Shown in pieces: positions 1 to 12,500 of a stretch of DNA of 64,000 bases (the stretch's first letter is position 1; every line of letters starts with the position of its first letter). Source of the DNA: Lophium mytilinum (Eukaryota); the NCBI GenBank assembly GCA_010093605.1, contig MU004197.1, positions 1,240,001-1,304,000 of the forward strand, in the 5' to 3' direction. The notes below the pieces were generated by a model. The model had not been told where the DNA came from. It made no database searches and was given only the letters and a program-made list of their open reading frames with translations. Both the position numbers and the translations under genes were made by a program.

Positions 1-664
1 AAATAAGTATAGATATTAATAAAAATTATAATAGCCCCCTCTTAATTTCTATATACCTATTTATAATAGTATCTATACCTCTTAATTTCCTTCTATATAC
101 TTCTTAATACTATAGTTAATTTCTACGCCTATTTTTATAGTCCCTATTAACTACGCTATTCTCTATAGTAGATTATTTAAAAATCTACCTACTTATACTA
201 TTTTTTTTATAGTAATTATAATAAAGGCCTAATTAACGCTATTACTATCTACTTTCTAGCCTACTATACTATATACTATTACTAGCACCTTATAGAGAAT
301 ATTAAGAAGGCCTATAGAGTTACTAGCTTACGCCTATTCTATATAGTTACTTAATATACTAATAATATATTATTTTAGTAGAATATAGCTAAAATAGCTA
401 TTTATAGCCTAGGCGCTATAGCCTATATACTTACCTAGAACTCTAGAAAGTAGCTATTAAGAAACTACCCTACTAGGCGCTTTAGGTCTATTACTAGCGG
501 CGTAAGTAAGTTCTAAAATAAGGTTATCTATAATAAGCGCTTAAAGTTAATACTCTTACTTATTAGCTTTATCTAGTACTAATATATTATAACTTATACT
601 AAGTACTACACTAAGATTATAAAGCTTAGCACCTCTATCTAGCCCCTTTAATAGAGAAAATACA

Positions 665-824
665 ATGCAATTAAATTTATAGCACCTTAGAAATACAACC
701 TAAGGAGTGCCCCTAGGGGCTACTTAAGGCCCTATAAACGTTTGCACGCAGTATTAGAGCTCTATAAGCTATGCTAGCGGCGTCGCGGTAGAATTATATA
801 TTATAACCCCTATTATGCAGCATT

Positions 825-857
<33 letters not shown>

Positions 858-2545
858 ACTAATAATACTAATAATAACCCTAAAACTAAACCTACTAACT
901 AAAGACTAAGTAGAATATCTATGCTAATATCTAAGCGCTTATTAAAGAAGCCTATAGTATATAGGACTCTCTATAGAATAAGCCTATATCCTCTAACCCT
1001 AAGATAAATAACGCCCTTAAGCACCTCTAGAACTTCGCCGGGCGTATACTAGCTAGCCTCTTAGGTACTATAGAGGACCTATAATAAATGCTATAGAGAA
1101 AGATAATAAAGATAATAAAGAAAATATAGAAGGGCGTATAGGTGCTATCTATATAAGAAATAACCTATGCAGTAGTAATAGTAGTAGAAAGAAATAGTAA
1201 GACTATAGAAAATAGGGAGTATATAATATAGACTACCTATAAAATTACTATATATATTAAGAATAAGAAGGAACGCGCTGTAATAAATAAGGACTTAAAC
1301 GCAACTATTACCTATAAGCTCTAAGTAGTAGAAGAGCCTAATATAATAAAGATCTATAGTATTAGAAAGCTCTAGAGTAGAGATGTAAAGGCCTATATAC
1401 TAGACGTAACCGCTAAGAAAGCCCTATTAAAGAAGAAGGAATAGATAAAGGTCCTAGGTAAAATAGTATAAATCTAACTACCTAAGGTTCTTCTAGAGGT
1501 ATATAGAGTACCTAAAGAGATAGACCTAAAGGACCTAATACTATAAAGTAGCATTATATAAGATAATAAGGTACTATATCTAGGCCTAGCTATATATAAG
1601 ATTATATAGAAGCACCTAAATTAAATCTAGGCTATTAGAAATAACCCTAAACGGCGCGCCTTATTAGCTATAGTTACTATAGGCATAGAGGTAATAGTAA
1701 ATAAAATTATAGATAGCGGGCTAGTATAGAATAGATATATACTAGAGGCTGTAAAGTATAAGGTAGGCTTTATAGCTACCTAATGCTTCTAATACTAGGG
1801 CTATAGGCACGTCGCTAGACACTATAAGAAGAAGGCGGTATACGCAGCGTGCGCAGAAGCTTATAATATAAGATAATGCATAGAGAAGAGTATTAGGAAG
1901 TGCGCTAACTATAAGAGAAGCTACCTATTATATAGTGCGGCGTGCACTATAAGAAAGAATACTTAACTAAAAGCTAATATAAAGAGGTAGGTAGTACTAA
2001 CCTACTATAGGGCTAATAATAGCCCTAATAATAATACTAATAATACGCCGGGTATAGTAATATTCCAATCTATAATAGAATTATAAGCTCTTAACGCAGT
2101 AAGTAGAAAGAGAAAGGCTACTAAGAATAGTAATATACTAGATAGCAGCACTTTAAGAAGAGTAGAACGCCCCCCTATATCCACTATATTTACCGCGCAT
2201 AAGAATCTAAAATAACTAAAGATAAATAGAGTACTATAGTCTACCTATACTATATAGACTACCTAATTAATATATACTTTCTATTTAACGCAGCAGCCTA
2301 ACTATAATAACCTGCAGCCTTACTATAATAGCCCGCAGCCTTTCTATAGAACCCTGCAGCCTACCTATAAAATGCTACACTACTTTTAGATAATAACCTA
2401 CAGTAATAATACTAGACTATTATAATTTAACGTAACTTAGGTGCTATCTACCTAGAAAGAAGAGGTAGTAAGCTATTAGCTCTATACTAAGGCTAGCTAG
2501 GCTATAATAAATAACTCTAAAGACTCTATAGATACCTAATATTAG
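665..2545 (+). pseudogene. LINE ORF1 (gag-like) remnant with three zinc knuckles
   Basis: 1781-1945 restores to QCFQCQGYGHVARHC-KKKAV-CAACAEAHDTRQC...KCANCKRSHPSYSAAC; in frame with an ATG at 665; stops are TAA/TAG at Gln/Trp-type positions. 3' end approximate. Confidence 0.85.
826..877. repeat. (AAT)n microsatellite inside LINE ORF1
   Basis: Run of aat with a few act interruptions; probably a RIP-converted codon repeat. Confidence 0.8.
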
Positions 2546-2559
2546 AGTAACCTAATATA

Positions 2560-5500
2560 CTTACTATTATATAGTATAATATTAATAAGAGCTAAGAGAC
2601 CTAAAGGGAGTTCCTTAAGAAGGTAGAGGTAGCCTAGCCCTAGCTATTAGTGCTAGCTATATAAGAACTATAGAAGAATATCTAGAAATATACCTTACTA
2701 TATATAAAATTATACTACCTACTATATAGAGAAAGCCTAAAAGCTAGAATATATATATATATTAATAAGTGCCTAAACCTAGGCTAATAAACTATAGAGT
2801 ACTACTTACTAGACCTTATTACTCTCTTCCTCTAGGCCGGGAGAGAGAATATTTAAATTTATAATATCTACAACCTAAAGCTATATAGAATTATAGCCAC
2901 GCTGCCCTCTATACTATATAAGGAGGTAGAGTATATACTTATAGGTAATATAAACCTATACTACCCGTTCTAGAGAGAAATATAGGTAATTAGTATAGAA
3001 GAGTAAGCTAAGAAGCTTATTTACATTATAATAGAAGCAGGCCTAACCCTAGCTATAGAGGAGGGTATAGAAATATAGGTAAGAGAAATATAGTAGACTA
3101 TAATTAACCTTATATTTATATCTAAATAGCTAATAGAATATATAACGTTCTATATAGTTTAAAAGAAGTAGAACTATTACTTAAACTACTACCCTATATA
3201 TACAGAATTTAATATTATACTACTACTAGTAACTAAATAGCCCCTATACTAGCTATAGAAGAATATTATATAGAAGGACATATAGAAGCACCTTATAGCC
3301 TAGCTAGTTAAGCTAGAAAACTAGAATAACCCCCTAGATAATAAAGAAGAAGAAGACCTAGATAACTTTATATATATTCTCTACTAACTTATTAAAATTA
3401 CTATTAACGCTATAGTACTAATAGCACAGCCCTTATAGTATGCATTACTATTCTAGACTAAGAAGTACTTAGAGGAGGTATATAAAACTAGGCAGGCGTA
3501 TAGAATATAGTGCTTATTACGCTCTATAAAGGACTAGATATTATACTAGATCTAGTATAACTATAAGAAAAGAGCTATATAGAAAGAGAGCACTAAGATA
3601 TAGTACTATATAGTAGAGAAGGTAATAAATAACTCTAAAGGGGTATAGAAACTAGCTAAATAGGGCCGCACAGTTAGAAAGGAATTAAGGCCCCCTTCTT
3701 AATTTCCCCTTCTCTTTTAGCTAGGTAACCCTACCCTATATATAGATAATAAGATAAAAGTATATATACTTACTAAATAGTTCTTTCTACTACTAGTAGA
3801 AGCTAACCTATCTAACCTAGAAGGGTTTTAATACCTAGAACTATATACTACCTCTATAGAAGTTACTATAGAAGATATACTCTTAGTACTAATAGAAATT
3901 GCGCTAGATAAGGCCTCTAGAATTATAGGAATTATAAATAGATTTCTAAAGAAGTATAAAATATAACTAGTACTAGTACTTGCCCGCTTCTTTATAAAGT
4001 GCCTATATAGAGGATACTATCCCCGCCCGTTTAAAGAATTAATTATAGTAGTTCTATATAAACCCTAGAAAGTATCCTATATAATAGTAAAAGCCTATAG
4101 GCCTATTACGCTACTAGAAATAATAGGTAAGCTATTTAAACGTATTATAGCTAAAAGGCTCTCTAAAATAGTAGAGGAAAAGAGTATACTACTACCTAGC
4201 TAAATAGGGGTACGGCTAGAACGCTCTATATAGATAGTACTTAAACTCCTTATAGAATAAATCTATGCTATATAGAAAGGAAACCTATAGCTTATAGTAT
4301 TACTTTTTAGCCTAGATATATTAGGAGCGTTTAATTAAGTCTTATATAAATAAATAATATATAACCTATAGGTCTAGAGTATACTAGAGTAGATAATAAG
4401 GTTTACTAGGTTCTTTCTATAAGACTATATAACTAGGCTCTCTATAGAAAGCTATATAGTAGAACTAATTATAGTTACTATAGGTATTCTATAGAGCTCC
4501 TTTCTATCGCCTATTCTCTTTCTCTTCTTTACTAGTATACTACTGCTAACCCTTTAAAATAGTAATATAACGGCCTACAGGTTTATAGATAATATAAATA
4601 TTCTTATATATAGTAGAACTATAGAGGCAAACTATAGGGCTATTAAGAGAGCCTATAATAGATGCATGGAATAGATAAGAAAGTACGGTATAGTATTTAC
4701 ACTAGATAAATATTACCTAATATACTTTATAAGAGCCTATAAAGAAGTTAACCTAAGAGCTATAGTTAATATATAAGGCTTTACGGAGGGCCCTATAATA
4801 GACTTAAGAGTACTAGAAGTATAAATAGACTTAAAGCTTAAATAGGGCCTATATATTAGTATTATAAAGAATAAAGCTATAACCTAGATAGGGGCACTTA
4901 CGCGGCTTATAGCATTTACCTAGGGCGCTAGCTTTAGGAAAGCACGCCTAATATACTTAGTAGTAGTCCGGCCTACTATTATATATAGATGCACTACCTA
5001 GTATACTATACTAGATATACTAGAGCAGCTTAGTAAGATAAAGATTAAGTAGCTTAAAATAACCTAGAACTAATGCCTCTAGAGAATCTTAGGGGCCTAT
5101 AAGACTATAAGTACTATAGTACTAGAATATAAAATATTATACCTACTACTCTAGCTAAAACTAGAGAAACTTATAGTAGCTTACGCGGNNNNNNNNNNAT
5201 ATATAGATATACTACCTAGTATACTATACTAGGCATGCTAGAGTAGCTTAGTAAGATAAAGATTAAGTAGCTTAAAATAACCTAGAACTAATACCTTTAG
5301 AGAATCTTAGGGGCCTATAAGACTATAAGTACTATAGTACTAGAATATAAAATATTATACCTACTACTCTAGCTAAAACTAGAGAAACTTATAGTAGCTT
5401 ACGCGGACTATACGCGTAAAGGGCTAGCACGCTAGTATATTAAAATAGCATACAGTAATATATAATAGAAAATCCATACCTACTATAGGCTACTTATAAG

Positions 5501-6075
5501 GCTAAAGTATAGCCCTAGCTACTATAATATACTCTATAACCTTATAGTAAAGGCTATAAGGTTATATACTAGGTATAAAGATAAATTAGATAAAGCCTAT
5601 AAGCACTTAAGGCGATTTACAATTAAATATAAATATAAAGAAAGGTAGAAGAAGGTATAGAAGTTCTTTTATAAAATAGAATAGCGCGGGCTACTAACGC
5701 CGGCCCTTAATACTAAATAGAGTAAATAATAGAAGACTATATATAAAGGGCTTATAAAGGTTAAAAGTACTATTCTTATAAATCTATAAATAGAGTATAT
5801 AGGGCTTAATAGATACCTGCACTATATATAGGTGCTAGGCTACCTAATACTAGCCTGCTTCTACGGGCATAGCCTCTAATTACTATACTATATAGTAATA
5901 AACTGCGAGAGGTATATAGAGGGTAGAGGTAAACTATTTAAGAAAGTAAAGACTTAGATATATAAGGAAATATATAAAAGTAAAAAGGGACCTAAGATAG
6001 TAGCTAGGTAGTTTCTATAGAAAATAGACCTGCTACCCTACCTCTTAATAGCGAGAGAGATAGAAAGGGAGTAGA
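2560..6075 (+). pseudogene. LINE ORF2 remnant (AP endonuclease + reverse transcriptase + C-terminal zinc motif)
   Basis: Restored motifs in one frame up to the gap: QYNINKS (~2572), AIQEPW (2656), GDxNLHHPFW (~2944), SDHYPI (3181), YRPIxLLE (4096), SLDISGAFD (4309), GIPQGS (4483), FxDD (4582). After the gap: GLNRYLH and CxC...H...C (~5800-5905). Confidence 0.88.
5189..5198. other. Scaffold gap (10 N) flanked by a 208-bp near-duplicate
   Basis: 4981-5188 recurs at 5199-5406 with a few transition differences. Confidence 0.95.
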
Positions 6076-6098
6076 CCTAGCCCTTCTACTTAATACTA

Positions 6099-6260
6099 CA
6101 GCCCTGCTATTACCTATAGCCTTGCTATAACTAATAGCCTTACTATAACTAATAGCCTTACTATTACTAATAGCCTTACTATTACCTATAGCCTTACTAT
6201 TATCTATAGCCTTGCTATTACCTATAGCCTTACTATTACCTATAGCCTTACTATTACCCC
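6099..6260. repeat. 18-bp tandem repeat, about 9 copies
   Basis: Unit tagccttactattaccta with variants (tagccttgctataactaa, cagccctgctattaccta). Confidence 0.9.
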
Positions 6261-9200
6261 CGACTATACTATAGCGGGCCTTAGCGCCCCCTCTTAACTA
6301 GTACTTAGTATAGATAGTTAGCTTTAGGTCTCTACTATATACCCTATAATATATACTTTCTATATACTTTCTATCCCTTATAGCCCTTTTATTTCTAAAT
6401 AGTCTATCTACTTTATAATAGTATATATACGCGGCTCTCTTTCTCCCGCTATTAGTTAGTTATACTATAAGGGCTTATACTTACTATAAGTAGCTATATA
6501 CTTTCTAATTATAGACTATAAACTATATACTTTATACTCTTAGCCCTTCTATAGCTATTAGCTATACTATAGAGGCTTATATATACTACTATAGCTATAA
6601 ACTCTATATAGCCGCTTATAGCCCTTCTACTTTTATAGCCTATCTATAAACTATATACTTTCTATATACCTCTACTATATACTATCTATATACTGCATAG
6701 CCTTTCTATCTCTAATAGCCTATACAGCTACTATTTATTTTACCTTATTATTTTAGATAAAGGCCCCGCAAGCGCACTACTTATATACGGGCCCTTATGC
6801 TAATTCTATACTAGCCTTATATTTAGATTCTACTCGGCCTAAACCTAGAAGGATAATAATAAACCTTCCTAGATAGATATAGGAAGACGCATCTTAATAG
6901 CTTATTCTATAGTAGTTCTTATAGACCTACTATATATCCCCTATAGTAAAATATAAAGGAGAAGGGCGCCTAACACTAGATATAATAGAGAATAAGGTTT
7001 TTATCTAAATACTGCCCGGTAGTAAACAGTTTTCCCCTTATAAATTAGCCTAGATAGAATAGCTACATAGACCCTAATAGGAGCTACACTAGTGTAATAG
7101 AATTTAATAATAATAATAATATCTAGCGCTTTTATAATTTTAATAGCTTTAAGTACTTCTTTTAGTATAGCTAGAAGCTCTATATATAGGTATAGAGGGA
7201 GGGCGCTATATACTACTACTACCTAAATATATTTACTAACCTAGGCAGCGCCTTTTTCTTAGCGTATATTTTCTACTACTATATAGTAAAGGTTTATATA
7301 GTATACCTTAACCTATATAATTATATATATAAAGAATTCTAGAATTATAACTTTTCTTACTACTATACTATTACTATTATTAGCGCCCTTAGATAGAAGA
7401 TAGGAGATAGATATAATCCTTCTATTAAATTACCTTATAGCTAAGGTTCTATAAGGCCGTACGCCTGCTACTAGCGCACCTAGTTAAGCGCTATTCTTAG
7501 CCTATAAGAACTAAGAATATTATTCTATTAAATACCTACCTAGCACCGCCTAAGAAGGTGCTTTAAGGTCTAGTATAGCATAATTAATAGCGTGCGGGCA
7601 ATAGCTATAGCCCTATAAGAGTAGAGGGCTAGGCGTGCTTAGTATATAGTTTAAGAAGTTATAATAAATAGAATAAATAGAAGTATAGAGAATATATAAT
7701 AATTTAATATATTTTAATACTTTTATATAGAAATTAAGCCCTTTTTTATAGTCTCTAGGCCTATTTTCCCTTAGTTTAGTATATAGGCCTTTATTAGTTA
7801 CTTCTTATATATTTTTAGTTAATTTTTAATTAATTATATTAACTACTCCTACTAGTAAAATACCAGCTATAATCTAAGCCTAATTTAGAGGCTATTACTA
7901 ACTACCTAATTAGGTTAGTTCTACTTAGTAAGCTAATTAGATTACGCAGAAACTTAATACTACCCTACTTATTTATTCCCTAATTAAAATCTATTACTAC
8001 TAAGTATTCTTACTTACTATTTTTATACTTTTATTTAAAAATTTATAACTTTATTAATTTCTATACTAAATTATACTAAATTCTAGCTTAATAATTCTTA
8101 GACTTAGCGCTATTCTTTACTAAAAGGTAAGGAGTAAAAGAAAAGTAACCTTACTAGGAATTAAACCCGTAAAAAGGTCCCTTATCTATAGTAGAGCCGG
8201 GTTAGTACCTATTATTATAACTATAGATATAGTAGCGGATACTAACCTAATACCGCCCTACTAACTACTAAACTATACTAGAACTATTAAAGAATAGCTA
8301 AAATTATTAATTATATATACCCTAAAATAATATTATAATAATAATAGGGGTGCGGCATATAAAGTATATAAGAAATTATACCTTAATACTATAGCTAAGG
8401 CCTATATAGAGTTATATAGTAGCTAAAAACACCTCTATAATATAAGATAATAGAGCTAATACTTAAATAGGCCTAGGAACTAGTTACTAGGCCTTAATTA
8501 GCATAGGCGTGTTAATCTAGCGTCCCGGAGGCGTTTATAGGCATTATAAAACGTTTGCCGCCAAGATACAGGCAATCCAAACTGTAGCCCCTCCAGCAGC
8601 CGTCAGCGGGCCATTGGCCCTCGCGCGGCCCAAGCGCGCTGCAGGACGGCAGTTCGCCAGGACATCCCATTTGCACCACCATCGCGTGCAACGTCTGCAG
8701 AGGTAGCAAACATAGATATGCGCCGCCTCCCTAGGGAAAACCGGGTTCGCGCGCCCGAAGTCGTCAACCCGAACTGCCGCCCGCCATGCATCGCTCCACC
8801 ACCCTAACCACGCCGTCTCCCGCCTCGCGTCATACCGTGGCTTGTCCGGCCAAGGAGAATGCGGCTGCTCGAGTCTTGGGCCTCCACTCGTCGGGTCTCT
8901 CGATGCTCGCAGCCTCTCTGGGGCATCGCTCCCCGTGCGTCCAGGAACTAACCCACCGCTGTGTTCCCACGCGTTCCTGGATCCACCGGTCCGTCCCTGC
9001 CAGGGCATCGCCCTTCACCGTGACAGCCCTGCCACGCATCGCCGTTTCCCAGAGCCGCGTCGTGACAGATCACATGTGGCCGTTGACCATGTGGGCCTCT
9101 GACACTGACAGGAAGGTGGAGCCGCAGCCACTCAGGAAGAAAAGAAAAACTCGGAACGCCACACCATACTCTCCAAGCGCTGCATCCTATTGAAGTTGAG

Positions 9201-9548
9201 ATGCAGAGGGTTTCGTGTTTCAGGACAGTGAGGCTGCTAACCGTGAGGTCTGTGAAACTTGTGTGAACACAACATGATTAAATCTTCGAATGTATATACA
9301 GTTATATTGATAACAAGAGCTGCTTTTTTCACCGCCCACGAGCTAACGTTCGTGTCTCCTGCAACCAGGCTGTAGGTGCGTCTCCAAAAGGAATCCAAAG
9401 AACTAGCTGCTACCCTATCTATAGTCAGCTTTCAAGACGCATAAGAGATCATTTTAGTCCACGGCTTGCCACCACCGTGTCCTCATCCGCATCCGGTCGC
9501 CCTCTTCCGGCTAGAGCGGGGGCGCACGATGATGCCCACCCCGCCATG

Positions 9549-12500
9549 TTATTGTGTCACATCGAGGACGTTGTTCAGCAGATTCGCCTCCTTCACGAGC
9601 TCGTAGAATAGACCTTTGCGACGAACTAGCTCCGCCGGGGTGTCGAACTCAGCCACCGTACCGTGATCAAGCACGACGATCCGATCCGAGTCTAGAATTG
9701 TGTTGATGCGGTGAGCGATCGTGATGATCGTACGATCCCTGAAAATGCTGCTTCGGAGGGTTGTCTGCAGCATTGCATCCGTTTCAACGTCAACGGCGGC
9801 CTACGAAATGTCAGAAACGGCAATAAGAAAGTTATGTGGGTTAGCTGACCGTCGCTTCATCCAAGACCAGGATGTTGCTAGGCGCCAGAAGGGCCCGCGC
9901 TAGAGAAATTAGTTGCCTTTGTCCTGAGCTCAAGTTTGAACCTATCGTTATGCTCAGCAGTGCTCTCTCGAGTTTCATGAGTGTCGGGGTCTAACCTCCT
10001 TCGTTGATGCGGGCTTCAAGTCTGCCGGGCATGCTGGCAACGTGATCTCGTAATCTCGCATGGTCTAGGATACAGTTAGCTGCAGCCCTGGATTGGAAAT
10101 CTCCGATAAGCCCCACCTAGGACGCTCCACAGTTCTGTGTCATCGTGAACGTGACCTGGATCCAAGTTGTCTCGGACCGTACCCTCGAATAGCGCGGCAT
10201 CCTGGGGAATAATCGCCAATCGTCTACGAAGATCTAGCAGGCCAATTGTACTCGTATTCAAATCATCGATGCTCACGCAACCGTCCACGGGCTCGATAAT
10301 ACGGAAAAGAGCCATGGTGAGAGAGCTCTTCCCCGCACCTGTGCGACCCACAACACCAATCTTCTCATGCGCCTTGATCTTCAGATTGATGTTCTTTAGC
10401 ACAAGATCCAAGCCTTGTCGGTATCTCGTGCTGTAATTTTCAAATGAAACGGCGCCCTGAGAGGGCCAGCTAATGGGAGGTCGCTTCTTTGAGATAATCT
10501 CTGGGGCTTCGCTCGGCAGCGCTGCGTACTCCAGGACCCGCTCAACAGAGACGATGTTAGTTTCGACTTCAACGGTCTGACGTACTATCCAATTAAGTGA
10601 CTGCGTGATCTGCAGTGCATATGACATGGCTAGACCAACCATACCAGCTGACAGGCCGCTATGGCTTGCCACGGAGATGATAGCAAAACCTGCAGATGCC
10701 AAAATGATGACGGAGCCAATGAACTCTAAGCGCACGGCAAGCCACCTGTTGGCGTTGATTGACGGGAAGTAGGCCCTGAGGTTGGCGTCCACGCGCCATT
10801 CGTTCTCTTGAGCGAATCTGGACTGCTGATGGTAGGCACGAATGGTACTTATTCCACTCAGCGACTCCTGGAAGTGGGCGTAGATGGGACTTCTGCTGAT
10901 GCTATCTAGGCGCTTAAGCTCTCTACTGGTCCGGAGATAGTACCGCTGGATGTACAGGTAGAGGGCGCCAAGCGGAACGATCAAGGCGATGAAGATGGGT
11001 GTGGAGATGGAGACGACGACAAGGGTAAATGCGGCTACGTGGGGTTAGTTTGATCGGGTGGTGGGGGATGTGCTGCAACGAACCTCTCGCCGTGTTCACG
11101 AAGAGCATGTTGAACGTTCGCCTAATATCACCCATGTCAGCGCTTGTGCATGCCAAGAAAGAAGCTGTCTCAGAAGAAGATCGCGGAGCAAAGTCTCAGA
11201 AGGGCTGGTCACTTACGCAAGAACCTCGTCGACGCGGTAAATATCACTAGGGGTCACGGTTAGCAAGAGATCTCGCTCGTCGCGGGCCCCGGTAGCGGGA
11301 AAGGCCAAAACACAGCGGGCCGCGCGATGCGCTCCGAGATGCGCTCCGCGATGCGCAGCAGGGCAGGGCGATTCGCGTGGGCAGCCACTAAGGCACGGCC
11401 GACGACGTGGGCGAATTCTGTTTGCGTCTGCCTGCAGCGGGCATATTGCGAGCAGGGACTTACCTTGAAAACCGATTTAAGATCCGGCCGGCAGGTGTCG
11501 TCTCGAAGAAACTCATAGGCGAGCGGAAGATGGCGAAAGCCATCCGCTCATGGAGCTTGCGAGAAGCCTGGACGCGAAATTTTTGTTAGCCACGCACCAG
11601 TGCCTGGCCATACACGGGACCCAAATACTCACCTCGATAGAGCAGAAAATCCAGAGAATGAGGGTTTGAACAACGACAAGCGCGGCTGATCCGAAGCCAA
11701 AAGCGAAATATACTCCGATGTATCGCCCGACGTGTGGGTTCCCATGCGCCTCGCCGTTGGCTTCAGACCACTGCTTGAGCCACACGCTCCCACCTAAGCG
11801 ACCATTAGCTTCCACTCCATGTCGAGAAAGTGATAGGTCTCATATTAGGGAAGTTTATTCCAATTCGTAACTCACCGATCTGCGCCGTCTGAGCCCCTAT
11901 AAGCATCACCGCGTAAATTGCCACGGCGACGAGATTACTCGTCTTGGCATATTCGCCATACACGTTCCACTTGACCTTGCCTTGCTCGGAGAACTCTTTT
12001 GTTTGCTTGCTCTTGAGGCCGGCGCCCTCCTCGTCGGTCAGCTTTCCGCGAGGGCCGTGAAAGGTAGCTGTGCTCGCGCGCCGGAGCGTCATGTTGCTTC
12101 CTTTGCGAGACGCACCGTTGGCAGGCCTCAGTGGAGCCAGCTGGGGCAGTCCTTCTTGAATTGCTTCTGCTTCTGCATCCTCGTCGTCTTCTGAGATTGG
12201 GCTGTTGCCGTACACGGTACTTTCCTCGTCGCTTGTGACACTCTCGGATGTCTTGCTGTCAGCTTCGCTCTGATCTTCGTTCTGTGACGACCGTATCAGC
12301 TGAGCAATTTCACCCTTCATAGCCATGAGCTGATCGTATGTTCCCTTCTCGAGAATCTTGCCTTCCCTCAGGAGCACAATCATGTCTGATTCCATGAGAA
12401 CCGGGATGGAGTTTGTCGCAAGAACTCGCGTCTTTCCGGCCAAAAGACCCTTTGGACCCAAAACATGATCGATGAGATGCCGTCCAACGTGCTGATCCAC

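Larger units (their letters stand above)
665..6080 (+). mobile_element. RIP-inactivated non-LTR retrotransposon (Tad1-like LINE); ends approximate
   Basis: ORF1-type zinc knuckles followed by endonuclease, reverse transcriptase and C-terminal Cys/His motifs in LINE order, recoverable by reversing TpA to CpA/TpG. Confidence 0.9.
1..8520. repeat. RIP-degenerated AT-rich repeat block
   Basis: Strong excess of TpA and scarcity of CpA/TpG; no ORF of 60 aa or more in any frame before 8512; abrupt change to balanced composition at about 8520-8560. Confidence 0.95.

Noticed and set aside
6099..6260. CRISPR-like array
   Set aside because: Contiguous tandem units with no unique spacers, in a eukaryotic genome with no cas genes.
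8801..8809. accctaacc as a telomerase RNA template or telomere seed
   Set aside because: A 9-mer of any telomere permutation is expected a few times in 64 kb, and no supporting structure was seen.
8544..9193. ORFs of 60-150 aa at the RIP boundary
   Set aside because: Overlapping on both strands with no recognisable motifs; expected by chance in GC-rich DNA.
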